A stretch of DNA of 61,604 nucleotides, taken from positions 8,493,272 to 8,554,875 of the forward strand of contig NC_068985.1 in NCBI RefSeq assembly GCF_001194135.2, written 5' to 3'. The notes beneath the pieces are model-generated. The model made no database searches, had not been told where the DNA came from, and saw only the letters and a list, made by a program, of their open reading frames with translations. Shown one piece after another: positions 23,325 to 36,175 of this stretch (positions within the stretch are counted from its first letter, which is position 1; every line of letters starts with the position of its first letter). This DNA comes from Octopus bimaculoides (taxonomy: Eukaryota). A program made the translations under genes and the position numbers.

Positions 23325-24075
23325 AAGTCGACATTGATCAATAGTACTCCAGCATATCTTCTATTCTTCTAAATAAAGCCCTATTTTTCGAAAAATACAT
23401 TCCAACCTATATCGCAACGATATTGAAATGATGTTACCAGCCCGCCAAAATATCATACTGCTCGATGGGAAATCATGGGCCCACTAGAATACACTTTTTT
23501 TGACATCGCCAAGGAGGCCAGTAACTCCGCCCAAGTTACGGACCTTTTAGGGCATTATCTACTTAACGGTATCCATGAACAATCCTGTAACATCTCTAGT
23601 GGCCTATCCAGAGACGATGCTCTGTTCGCAATCCAAAATTCTAGCAACCGGAAAATCGAACAGACTAGAAAAAGATACAGAATTTTTTTTAAAACGTCGG
23701 CCTTAGCATCTTCTGTAAAAACGTTAAAACTGCTAATTTCTTGGACGTAACATTTGACTTGTAAAACCAAACCTTCTTCCCATACCACAAACCTTGAGAA
23801 AACCTCCACTAAGTGAACTTCTCCAACCACCCCATCGCCGTCGTAATATCTATTATGGAAAGTGTATCGTACCGGATTTTCTCTGAGATGGAACGTCGAT
23901 GCTAAAGCCAGAATATACAGAGGACGGGTTACCAAATGTGAACTTTGTAGTACTGAAAAACTAAATATCATACAGTCAATAAATAGCATCCTGAATATTA
24001 GGGACGAAATCTTCTCTCTCTGCATGCACAAGAAGATATATACCCCCCAAGTGGAACTACTTCATCACACAAACA
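23325..24075 (+). mobile_element. Penelope-like element relic: RT core joined to the extreme C-terminus
   Basis: VDIDQ*YSSIS (motif A), GLSRDDAL at 23601-23624 (YRDD equivalent), TFDL...PYHKP...SNHP, then LRWNVDAKARIY...KCELCSTEKLNII...LNIRDEIFSLCMH. Confidence 0.85.
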
Positions 24076-24798
24076 TATGAACATCACATATACCCAGAAT
24101 ATAATAAAAGAGAATGCACACAAATTTACCAATCAATATGACTGTTTTCCCAAAAGCCAAATCCTAGGGAGATAACCAGTGAAAAGATGTCATCCAAGAA
24201 TAGCGCCACTTGATTTATTTTCTTTACAAGAATCTCGGCGAATTCACGAGATTTTGTGTTTTTATCCGAAATGGAAACGAACACCATTCTTCCATGTAAT
24301 CGGTTTGAAAAATTGTTAACATATTAAGATATTTTTTCGTAACATGAAACCGAAGGTAGCCTTAGTACACAAATAAAGAAATTCTATCCACCAAAGTTGA
24401 GCACTCATTCTCATCGTTTGACATTTACGTTCGAACTGTACTTTCTACACATTTCAATTGAAACCCTGATTTAACACGGGATCTCCCAACGACTAATTAA
24501 ACTTCATATAATCATTGGTGAAGAGAGTAGTTTGTGATCTACCCCTCGTTTGAATAAGTTACTATTTCCGAGATTCCACTAGCTATGAAAGGTATGTAGT
24601 CTAGATTTTATCTACTCCATCCCCTAATTTTTGAATGTTTATTCGTAAGTACACTAACCCCTAATCCTAACCGTGAACTATAAAATAACTCTTTTTCAAC
24701 TTATCGTACGTACTGCGATATAGGAAAAATACACAACCTTCTGTGCTACTAAAAAATTATTGTTCTTGAAAGTTGTTTTTATATCTTCTACAAATATA

Positions 24799-25192
24799 GG
24801 CACAGGAGTGGCTGTGCGGTAAATAGCTCGCTTACCAACCACATGGTTCCAGGTTCAGTCCCACTGTGTGGCACCTTGGACAAGTGTCTTCTACTATAGC
24901 CTCGGGCCGACCAAAGCCTTGTGAATGGATTTGGTAGACGGAAAATGAAAAAGCTCGTCGTATATATGTATATATATGCGTGTATATGTTTGTGTGTCTG
25001 TCTTTGACCCCCATCATCGCTTGACAACCGATGGTAGTGTGTTTACGTCCCCACAACTTAGCTGTTCCGCAAAAGAGACCGATAGAATAAGTACCAGGTT
25101 TACAAAGAATAAGTTCTGGGGTCGATTTGCTCGACTAAAGGCGGTGCTCCAGCATGGCCGCAGTTAAATTACTGAAACAAGTAAAAGAGTAA
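24799..25192 (+). mobile_element. SINE family B, full length
   Basis: GGCACAGGAGTGGCTGTGCGG head to AAGTAAAAGAGTAAA tail. Confidence 0.92.
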
Positions 25193-25274
25193 ATTGTTTG
25201 AACCTCACTAACTTCCTACATCTTGATCCTTGGATCATACCTTTACACACAAACATATACATATATATATGTAC

Positions 25275-25323
<49 letters not shown>

Positions 25324-25904
25324 CGTGTGTGCGTGTGTGTGTGCGTGTGTGTGTGTGTGTGTACATAGAAAGAGAGCGAGGGAAGGAGAGAAAGTGAGAG
25401 AGAGAAAGTGTGATAGGGGCAGTGTGAGGGAGAGAGCGGGGGAGAGAACGTACAGTTCCATTCAAGTACGTCCACTGAAAAAGTACTCCATCCAGTGAGA
25501 AATAAATATAATTTAATATACACTGAATTAAAATAAGATCTACTTATAATTTCTTGCTTTTGAGACAAGTGGTTAGGCAGATGTTTATAACCTGCCTTGT
25601 ATCTCCAAGGATATTTGAAGTTATATTCAAACTAATCATTGTGAGAATAATTCAACAAAGAGGGATCCAAAATCTGCGAGACAGCTGCTTAATCCGGAGA
25701 GAGTAGAAATTTGTCCATATGCTTGCATTTGCTGAAAATTTCAGATCTGGAATAATAAAATTCTGCGAGACAGCTCCGAGACAAAACTAAATAGAAACAA
25801 ATATTGATCTTCAGAAGTAAATTATTTTCGAACTATAAGAAATAGCAAGTAAACAAGGAATGACTAATCATACACGAAGGGTGCAAATATCAAGTTAGTT
25901 AACC

Positions 25905-25946
25905 AATGATAATAATAATGATGATGATGATAATAATAATAATAAC

Positions 25947-25993
<47 letters not shown>

Positions 25994-26006
25994 TGATGAT
26001 GATGAT
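25905..26006. repeat. (AAT)n/(GAT)n microsatellite
   Basis: Directly visible. Confidence 0.95.
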
Positions 26007-26429
26007 GGTAAATAAACAAATAAACAGGAATTAAAAAATAACGCTTTACCTTGAAAAATAGAACAACAACATTCCAGATCAATATCCATTTAGATTTTCC
26101 TGAAATATTACCATGTCATTCTGACCCAGTAAAAAATTTTGTCTATGTCTAAGCCATATGTCCCACCTTGTGCCCAACTAATTAGGCCATTGTTGATATG
26201 TATTCTAATGTTAATATATCAGAGTTTATAAATATTGATAATATGGAAATATACTATGTGATAATGAAGCTTACTTCCCAAACAGATGGTTTCAAATCCT
26301 GACCCAGAGCAAGGTACTTTTACTATACCACTTCGGTAGGATCAGAGAGGATTTGGTACTGGATGATCAGAAGAAGCCCATAAAAACTACACCCTGTGAA
26401 GTAGCTATTTATTTATAGGCGAAGATGTA

Positions 26430-26900
26430 GACTGTATAGTAAGAAACCTGCCTTTCAACCACATGGTTTAAGGTCCAGTGCTACTGCGTGGAACCTTGAG
26501 TAAGTATCTTCTACTCTAACATCGAGTCACCCAAAGCCTTGTGAGTGGATATGGTAAGAAACTGAGTGGATATGGTAAGAAAATGTAAAAATTAATGTGT
26601 GTGTGTGATTGTGTTTGTGTATGCGTGATGTGTTGTGTGAGTGTGTATACATGCATATATATGTATATATATGCGTGTGTGTCTGTGTAGGGGTGACTTT
26701 GTGTTAATGTTTGTTCATCCACTATCGGTTGACAACTGATGTGGTTGTGCTTGTGTTCCCGTAGCCTAATGGTTCGACCAAACAGTATGACAGAATATAT
26801 ACCGGACCGTAAAATATACAAAAATGGTAAATTGATCAATTCTTTATACTTAAAATTCTTCAAGGCGATGCCCCAGCAGTCTAATGACTGAAACATGTAA
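26430..26900 (+). mobile_element. SINE family B, diverged, with an internal short tandem duplication
   Basis: CAACCACATGGTT...CCAAAGCCTTGTGAGTGGATATGGTAAGAAA (duplicated)...CAAGGCGATGCCCCAGCA. Confidence 0.75.
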
Positions 26901-26944
26901 AAGATAAAAGATATACATGTAGTTTCCTTTCAATTACCACATGC

Positions 26945-26984
<40 letters not shown>

Positions 26985-27049
26985 ACGTATATATGTATAT
27001 ACACATGCTTATATGGATACAAGACATAAAAAAACATGGACAGAATGAG

Positions 27050-27200
27050 AAACGGGAACATAAAAGACAAAAACATAGAACGAAATTTTTTAACAACGGA
27101 AGAAAAAAACAAACAGAGAAACGAGACATGAAACATAAAGAACATTCCCTTCATCAGTTGTCTCAGCTGACGTATCCAGTAATTCCTGGGAAAGCGGGGC
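27050..27200 (-). repeat. Dispersed repeat with CTGATGA plus hairpin (hammerhead-like scaffold); second copy about 40478-40530
   Basis: CGAGACATG.AACATAA.GGAA.ATT.CCCTTCATCAGT shared at 27122-27158 and 40481-40518. Confidence 0.65.
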
Positions 27201-28029
27201 TTATCCCTTGGTTCCGTTCTCATAATTGTTTCGCTAATCCAATAATAACAACACAAAGTATGTAACCCTTAAAACGGTGTTTGTGCATTTACAGAGAATG
27301 CCGAGCTGCCTTACACAGGGTCGTGTGTTTAAGAATTCCCAATACGCTATGAATAGTAACTAGTTAGCCGATAGTAAGAATTAAAATGAAGTAGCTTTAA
27401 TGCGTTCCAGGAGTATATAGAACATAGGCGGAAATACTAATAAGGTATGTAAACTAAAATCGTGGAGCATGTTACGTAATAACAGACTAATCAGATATGA
27501 GATGATAACAATTCAAAGTAAATAACTCTGAAAAGGGTTTTGTGCATTCCCAGAAAATATTACCTTCAGAGGCGCCAGTGTTCGTATATTCGTGAATAAG
27601 TCACTAACCGAAATAAGTGGATCTATTGCTTAAGAAAATAGTATTTATTTGTTTAAGAGTTGTACTGGATAAATTGCGAAAATAACTCTAACAGTTCAAA
27701 TACTAAGAAATAAGCATACTCAATTTCATTTTTGCCAAATAATTTAGAAATATGAATGTTTTTTTCCCTTGGCTATATATAAGGATCCCTTCCAGAGGTG
27801 AATGGGATATTTCCCTTGGTTTTTAAAATAAAATATATTATATATTTATAAGGATCCTTTCCAGGGGCCTATTATCAATTTTTCAACAATTTGGGTATAC
27901 CGTGAGATTTCCAGACATGAATTCTAGTCACATGTCAAGTTTCATCATAATTGATAAAACGATGTAGGAGGTGTTAGCTAATAACTCCACAAACTCATCC
28001 ACATATGTAGTAGATATACGACGGAAATC

Positions 28030-28160
28030 TTTCACCTTCCGTCTACTCACTCCACTCTGAATAATTTGGTCGGACAAGGCTATAGTTGAAGACACTTGCC
28101 CAAGGGGCTACGCAACGGGAACTGAACCGGTAATCATGTGGTTGGGAAGCAAGCTTCTTA
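28030..28160 (-). mobile_element. SINE family B head, diverged
   Basis: GAAGACACTTGCCCAAGG...ATGTGGTTGGGAAGCAAGCTTCTTAC. Confidence 0.7.
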
Positions 28161-28444
28161 CAACACAAAGAAACAAAGAAGAATTCCAATAAAAATATAA
28201 ACAACTATACATACACGAACATGCACACAAGCGTTCACACCCACAGTCACACATACATTGATATACACACATACGCGTATTCATATGTATGTGTGTGTGT
28301 GTGTGTGTGTGCGCGCACACACACACATGTAAATGCGTACTCCTTGAGATCTAGTTCGATGTTGTACAATTTGAAGTAGTAGTTGTAAAACATCTGTCAT
28401 AAAAATGTCCTTTTCCAGCATTTTTATTCAGCCCAGGTAGAATT

Positions 28445-28660
28445 ATATTTATTTCTTTATTGCCCACAAGGGGCTAAACATAGAGAGGACAAACAAGGAC
28501 AGACAAAGGGATTAAGTCGATTACATCGACCCCAGTGCGTAACTTGTACTTATTTAATCGACCCCGACAGGATGAAAGGCAAAGTGGACCTCGGCGGAAT
28601 TTGAACTCAGAAAGTAACGGCAGATGAAATACTGCTAAGCATTTCGCCCGGCAGCGATTA
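28445..28660 (-). mobile_element. SINE family A with alternative 3' tail
   Basis: TTATTTCTTTATTGCCCACAAGGGGCT...ACAAAGGGATTAAGTCG tail joined to the standard A body; same tail at 51849-51930. Confidence 0.88.
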
Positions 28661-28934
28661 CAGCAGATCAGAGAACACTTGCATATTCTATCTACACCGC
28701 CCGACTAGAGGTATATCTATCAAAACAGAACATGATACTATGTATGATCAGACATCTACAATTCATATATATACACACATACACATGTGTGTGTGCATGT
28801 GTGTGCGTGTGTGTGTGTGGGCGTTCGTGCGTGCGCGTGGATATAGATAAATAGATATACAAATACAAATATATATAAATATATGTATGTGTAGATATAC
28901 TCACACACATATATATATGTATACACACACATAC

Positions 28935-28965
<31 letters not shown>

Positions 28966-29173
28966 TATAGGTAGATATATAGATAGATAGATAGACATAT
29001 ATAATATAAATGAAATATATAGGCATATTATATATATATATATATATACACATACATATATACTTATCTACATACATATACATACATACATATGTACATA
29101 TTTGAGTATACACACACAAACATACATATGTATATATACATATACATACACACACGCACACACATACTTATAC

Positions 29174-29204
<31 letters not shown>

Positions 29205-29884
29205 TGTGTGTATGTGTGTGTGCGTGTATGTATGTATATAAGGAGAGAGAGAGAAAGAATGTGCAGGAGGAAAGAGAAAAGTGTATAGCAGAAAAACATA
29301 CGCACATCGAAATATAGAATTTTAGGTTTTGTTTTTTGTTTTCATTTGCCACTTGAAGAATGTCTTTTTATCCGTTGAAATTCTGGACGAATAGCAAGGA
29401 ACTTTGAAGTATTAATGCGAATTACTGGCAGCCATGTTATCATCTGAAAGAAATAATTGAACACTTTCGTGAAGGAGGTCTCGCTTCAGCCATCTTTTAG
29501 CAAAGTACTTCTTGACAATGTTCCGAAGAGAAATGGAAAAATAATTGTAGTGCTAGTGTTAATGTTAGTGTTAGTAATAATAGAATCTGTAGCCTGAGTT
29601 GATGTAGTAATATATCTGATAATGGTAAAATAATAAAATGAAAATAAAACTGAAAAAAAAAAAGAATGATGAGGATAATTATTATCATCATCGTTAGCAA
29701 CACCATGATCAATATGATCACGAATGTGGTTGTTGTTGTATGTTTGTTGTTGTTGTTCGGGAGGGGGTTGCGGCGGTGGTGTTTGAGATGATAATAACAA
29801 CAATGTGTATCTATGTTGAATCCTGGATAAGGAAAAGAAAGAGAAATACAATTTGTATCAGTAGCGCTCTATCAAGTTATAATC

Positions 29885-30100
29885 CTTTCTACTATAATCA
29901 CAAGGCCTGAAATAAGGGGAGCGGGATGGATAGTCGATTACACCGACCCCAGTACTCAATTGGTACTTAATTTATCAACCCCGAAATGATGAAAGGCAAA
30001 GTCGACCTCGGCGGAATTTGAACTCAGAACGCAGTGGTAGACAAAATACCGCTAAGCATTTCGCCCGGCGTGCTAACGATTCTGCCAGCTCGCCTCCTAG
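29885..30100 (-). mobile_element. SINE family A, full length
   Basis: Near-consensus copy. Confidence 0.92.
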
Positions 30101-30289
30101 CTCTAGCAAATTATAATAATAACGGGTTTCTAGAATAGGCCAAGCCAGTATGCAGACACTTTTCATAAACAACTATATGAGTTAAATAGAAGAACTAGGA
30201 AGCTGACCATAGTACACAAAACGTATCCCGTTGAAACAACATCGATAGGTAATGCTGCAGAAAGGAAGGAACAAAGGAAGAAAGGATGC

Positions 30290-31085
30290 AGTGGTTTGTT
30301 AAACGCAATATTGCGATATTGCGTTTGAAGAACTACGTTGTGCCTAGAGAAGAAAGGATACTATCTGCGACAAAAATATTCCAAAATTATCTGAAACAGC
30401 AGGAAGATAAATTCAACAATGGAAGGAAAACTGACTGGAAGTATTACGTTGCCAACTCATACAACAAACAGAGGATGTTGAAAATAAAGAACATCTATTA
30501 TGGCTGACAGATGGAAGCCTAAAAATTAGAAACCGAATGGCTCATTATAGCAGTTTAGATACAAGAGAATGAATTTCATGAAAGCAGAGATTTATAAAAC
30601 TCAGAATACAAATGTAGAATCTATGCAAAAAGAGACAAAATTATTAATCATCACTTAAGTGAACATAGTAAGCTAGCACAAAAAGAGTGTAAGTGCGGGA
30701 ATAACAATGCCGGGAAAAATTGCATGAGGATGATAGCCGAGTGTGTACATTTAAAGTGTCAGAAAAATTATATGAACACGCGCCAAGAGCAGTGATAATG
30801 TATAATAATTATAGGATATTATGGAATTTCTCCATAGAAACTGGTCATATTACTGAATAAATAAAAGAAGATATGTTTGTAGATACGATAATGTGGTGGA
30901 TGCCAAGAATTTGAGAAAATTGAGAAATATGAGGACGTATGTCGCGATATGAAAAGATTGCGAAAGAAACCAATATTAATTTGCGCTCTTGGAAGTATCA
31001 GCACTCAAATACCAACATGGCTGAAAACGATTTGTACAAATGTAAAGGTAGAACACCGACAAAAGTCACCATTGCTTGGAACTGC
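30290..31085 (+). mobile_element. R4/Dong-type element 3' portion, decayed, ending in an (AAT)n tail
   Basis: KQQEDKFNN, LWLTDGSLKLETEWLII, EKIEKYEDVCRDMKRL...ICALGSI...PLLGTA fragments. Confidence 0.75.

Positions 31086-31143
<58 letters not shown>
31086..31143. repeat. (AAT)n array between two R4/Dong pieces
   Basis: Directly visible. Confidence 0.97.
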
Positions 31144-31145
<2 letters not shown>

Positions 31146-31890
31146 GAGAGTACCTGCGACGAGTGAGAAAAATATTAGCTTCAAAGCTGAATGCCAGAAA
31201 CATAATTTCAGCAATAAACTCGGTGCGCAGTCGCAGTCGTTCGGTATAGCACTGGAATCCTGAAGTGAACGGAGGAGGAGCTACAGGAGATGGACAGGGA
31301 GTCAAGAAAGCTCCTATGGATACATAGAGCCCATCATCCACGTGCAGATTTTGATCGCCTATACATGAACAAAGCAAATGAAGGAAGAGGTCTGATAAGT
31401 GTGGAAGACTGCGTGTGTATCGAACTCGAGAGCTTAATGAGATACCTAACCCAAAGTAAGGAAACCTTGCTAGTGACTGTTAGGAACGGAGGCTTATTGA
31501 AAGCAGAGAAAAAGGGAAAAACAAAGGAGGAAGCACAAAAAGGTCATGAAAAAGAATTATGCAAGAAGAGACTACACAATCAGTTACATAGAGCTACAAA
31601 AGAAGTTGCTGGAAAAAACAGGTGAGATTGGCTGATGAAAGGAACACTAAGAAAGAGACCGAGAGCAATATACTGGCAGCGCAAGACCAAGCTTTGGCCA
31701 TGAACCAGAGGATCAACCTTAGGAATGGGCAAGTGTCTCCTCTGTGCCGATTCTGCAACAGAGTGGATGAAACCATTGCCCATATTACGAAAGAATGCTC
31801 TCGACTTGCCCAAAACCGCTACAAGTTGTGGCGACATGATCAGGTAGAGAAAATGGTACATTGAAAACTGTGCCAAAAGTGGGGGCTAGA
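31144..31890 (+). mobile_element. R4/Dong-type element, RT thumb to CCHC finger
   Basis: EYLRRVRKILASKLNARNIISAIN; MDRESRKLL...HPRADFDRLYM...GRGLISVED; KKETESNILAAQDQAL; CRFCNRVDETIAHITKEC; RHDQV...H*KLC. Confidence 0.9.
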
Positions 31891-34079
31891 GAGAGGTCCC
31901 CACCCCCACCCAAATTCTTCAATTTTCACTTTTTTCAGAAATTTTCTTTTTGCGAAATACGTAGAACAATACGGAGATAATGATTCTCAAAAAAAAATTG
32001 TAAATTTTCAATTTTTAAGAGGTGAAAATTGAAGAATTTCGGTATGTGGGTTGGAAACTAAAATTTTAAAATGCGTTTTTTTTTTTTGCAAAATCAGAAT
32101 CTCCGTTCTCGGAAATGGGGAATTCTGTAAAAAATAATAATAATAAAATAAATTAATAAATATAAAACAACAGGGGCGCAGTCCACATACTTTACGTCCG
32201 CCTCATTATGTACCCTAGAACTCGAGATAGCAATACCCTACCCTCAGGTTACTCTGGTACACCAAAAGCAAATGCTTCCCTTTTTGATATCAGGTGATAT
32301 GAGTTAAGAAATATCAAATCTCAAAGATATTGTTCATGAAACGGAAAGTGTCTACCGCTTGAAGAGGCAGCTTACCAAGACAATGTTTAGTTGTTTCCAG
32401 AATATTCTCGCAGACGATGCCAGAAACAGACGACAATTAATGAGGATTCGTTTGATACATCAACGCTATTTTATTTATTCATTTATTTATTTATTTCATT
32501 TTTAAAATAATTTTTTACTTCCCTGCCCCTCGCTTTCTTTCGAGATATACTTTGAAATATTTCTTCTGGACAAGAAACTCATCGAAAGAAAAAGAATAAA
32601 AAGAAGGGAAAAGCAAGAAATCTCAAACTAAAGAAGCAATAAAACAAATCAAACGAATATAGAAACCGCTCCCATCACCCCCACCATCACCGCCGCCGCC
32701 AACAACAACAACAATAACAAGAATTACGACAAAGTTAATACAAAATGGCTGCTTCTTCGCAGCGGTTCATCTTCTTTGGAGTTTGACGAACAAATGATTT
32801 ACTATTGAAGTAACGGCACACATACACACATATACATACACGCACATGTGCATATACATACGCTCATACACACATATATGTATACATAAATATATGCATT
32901 CATTTATATTTATATATATATATATATAAATATAAATGAATGTATATATTTATGTATACATATATATATATATATATATANNNNNNNNNNNNNNNNNNNN
33001 NNNNNNNNNNNNNNNNNNNNNNNNNNNNNNNNNNNNNNNNNNNNNNNNNNNNNNNNNNNNNNNNNNNNNNNNNNNNNNNNNNNNNNNNNNNNNNNNNNNN
33101 NNNNNNNNNNNNNNNNNNNNNNNNNNNNNNNNNNNNNNNNNNNNNNNNNNNNNNNNNNNNNNNNNNNNNNNNNNNNNNNNNNNNNNNNNNNNNNNNNNNN
33201 NNNNNNNNNNNNNNNNNNNNNNNNNNNNNNNNNNNNNNNNNNNNNNNNNNNNNNNNNNNNNNNNNNNNNNNNNNNNNNNNNNNNNNNNNNNNNNNNNNNN
33301 NNNNNNNNNNNNNNNNNNNNNNNNNNNNNNNNNNNNNNNNNNNNNNNNNNNNNNNNNNNNNNNNNNNNNNNNNNNNNNNNNNNNNNNNNNNNNNNNNNNN
33401 NNNNNNNNNNNNNNNNNNNNNNNNNNNNNNNNNNNNNNNNNNNNNNNNNNNNNNNNNNNNNNNNNNNNNNNNNNNNNNNNNNNNNNNNNNNNNNNNNNNN
33501 NNNNNNNNNNNNATATATATATATATAAATATAAATGAATGTATATATTTATGTATACATATATATACATAGATGTGTGTGTTTTACACACACACGTCCA
33601 CATAAACATACATAACCATATACAGTATGTATAAATCAATATACATGCACACATATTCGTGTATAAACACAAACGTGCACACACACTAAGGCATATGGAG
33701 ATATGTGTGTGTGTGTTTGTTTGTGTGTGTATGTGTGCGTGCGTGCGTGTGTACTTTTGTGTATATGGTAATTGGTAAGTGCAAGCGGTGAGACGTGATA
33801 AACGTTTATTGTGCCAGATCATTTGCTCACAGTCTGCAATAAGTTCAGATATTTCAAATGAAATGAATCTTTGATTTGTTGTTGTTGTTTTTTAAACACG
33901 GATGTCAATTCTGTATGAATTTCGCTTTAGTAATCTTGACATTATTCAACGTCTATAGATGTATATGAATGTATTTGTATTATAAAAATTCTGTCTCTAT
34001 CTATCTGCAATATGTATGTGTATTTTTGAAGACGTTATCAAATGACGAGCTGGGTGAACCATTGGCGATTAGGACAATA

Positions 34080-34230
34080 TGTTTAGCGGCATTATTTCTG
34101 GTTGTTCATGTTCCGAGTCCACGTCTGCCGAGGCCGATCTTGCCTTCCGCGTCGATAAAGTAAATACCAGTTGAATATTCCGTTCGATCTGATCGACTAA
34201 CGCACTCCCTTAAAACAACTGCTGGTCTTC
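34080..34230 (+). mobile_element. SINE family A, diverged
   Basis: TTAGCGGCATTATTTC...GTCGATAAAGTAAATACCAGTTG. Confidence 0.7.
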
Positions 34231-34464
34231 TACTAAAGTTCAAACCCATTATCAAGCTGTTATATTTACGCATATTCAGCCTATCTTTCGTTGCATTTAC
34301 ACCAAGGTCTTTTCTTTTCTTTTTGTTCTTTTGAAAGCATATTTACTCCCACCCGGTTCAGTAATTTGACTTTTCTCTTCCACCATCTTGAATCAAACAC
34401 GACAGAGGGGAAACGTTATCGTTTTAAGTTTAAATATCAACAATATTTTGTTTTTCATTTTGAT

Positions 34465-34660
34465 ATGAGCACAAGACCCGAAATTTGGGTGAGGTGAACG
34501 GCGAGTACGCCGATTTGCAGTGCTAAGCTGGTAGTTATTTTATCAACTAAGAAAGAAAAGGTCGACCTCAATGGTATTTGAATGCAGAAGATAAAAAGCA
34601 TCGAAAACCTGCGGCTACGCATCTTTGTCCGACGTACTAACGATTCTGTCAACTCGCTGT
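34465..34660 (-). mobile_element. SINE family A, diverged
   Basis: GCACAAGACCCGAAATTT...GGTCGACCTC...ACTAACGATTCTG. Confidence 0.7.
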
Positions 34661-35449
34661 GTTAAATAACAGCATAAAAAATACATAACGATATTACTTC
34701 ACTTATAAACTAATGACGTATGGCTTAATTCTTTATCATGATACTACAGTGTCAATACATAGAAGGGACAATACAGGACGTTACAAACAATTAGTGTTTA
34801 TGAGTTCGTTTAATGAGATTTTAAAAATATGATGGTTTAGATTAGATATAATTAACATTACACTTCAAATTTTACACTTTGGCCGTGAAGTCCACTGGCT
34901 ACACCGTATGCCTTTACCACGGATGAACTAAGTAGGGTCATTCACACCCAACTTGCTTTCCACATCCTCCCATCTTTTTCCGAGTACACTTCGCAATAGG
35001 CGTCTTTTCTTGCTCTTTAGATGATATCTGAAGTAATATAGCAATATAGTAATATAGTGCCGGAGATGAATGTTTCCGCCGTAACTCCTTTCATTCTGGT
35101 TTTCCATTTGCACTCTTTCAATACTGCAACTGAGCATAAGAAACCCGCCTCACCTTCTTTGATAGTCTGGGTGGCGGTGCAATCTTAATCGTATCAGAAC
35201 ACTGTCTTCTGAACTCGTCTACTCCACTGGCAACACAGCAACTACAACGTGCAGTCACATCTAAAGGACAGCTAAATTTATAGCAGAAAGCGGTCAACAG
35301 TATTTTTTTCTCAAAATAAGCTTCAAATTCTTTTCTACACTTAAGGGTTTCAAAATTTTACTTGAAAAACATGTACTAGATATGTTTTTCTCTCCTGCTA
35401 TCTCTCTAAAAGATTCCTGAATACTAACTCCATCCAAGACTAAATTTTA

Positions 35450-35735
35450 TATTATTTCATCCTTTTATAAAAATTCCTAATAGGATATATCTCCAATGTT
35501 TTTAACGACATGTACAATTTGGTAACTCCTTTTATCAAATGAAACACGTGTAACAGGGAAGAAATAACACCACAAAATTTTCCAGTCTTCTGTTTTGATA
35601 TTATTACCCCGCAGAAAACAAGTTCTAGTATTTTCAACTCTTATGCTTACTTCCCACAAATATAAAATCTACATACGGATTTGCAATAATGAAATAGGCA
35701 GATGTGCTTCACAAGGACACAGCTTGGATTTTAAC

Positions 35736-35740
<5 letters not shown>
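35450..35740 (-). repeat. Copy of the decayed repeat at 11190-11420 (possibly PLE-derived)
   Basis: Shared CAAATGAAACACGTGTAA block and CAGATGTGCTTCA block; the latter also has a diverged match near 405-450. Confidence 0.55.
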
Positions 35741-35778
<38 letters not shown>

Positions 35779-36129
35779 GTATGCATGTGTGTATTTATGT
35801 ATGTATCCATGTATATATACGTATAATAATGCTATGTAATATATGTATTATAGTCTAATAAGTTCTATTATAATATAGTATATAATATAGGCGTGTGTGT
35901 TTGTGAGTGTGTGTGTGTGTTTGTGTGTGTGTTTGTATGTGCGTTTGTATGTGTGTTGTGAGCGGGTGGGTTTGTGTATGTACGTATGTATGTATTTGTT
36001 GAGCTGTAATATATGAATCACTGTTGTAAGTTGTGATGCTATGCAACTTTCGTTGTAAACATGCATTGAAAATAGACTAAGGAGATTGACTGCACACATA
36101 GACACACACAAACACATACAGACACACAC

Positions 36130-36175
<46 letters not shown>

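Noticed and set aside
32925-33570. Direct repeat flanking a gap
   Set aside because: The same AT-rich sequence lies on both sides; probably overlapping contig ends, not a duplication.
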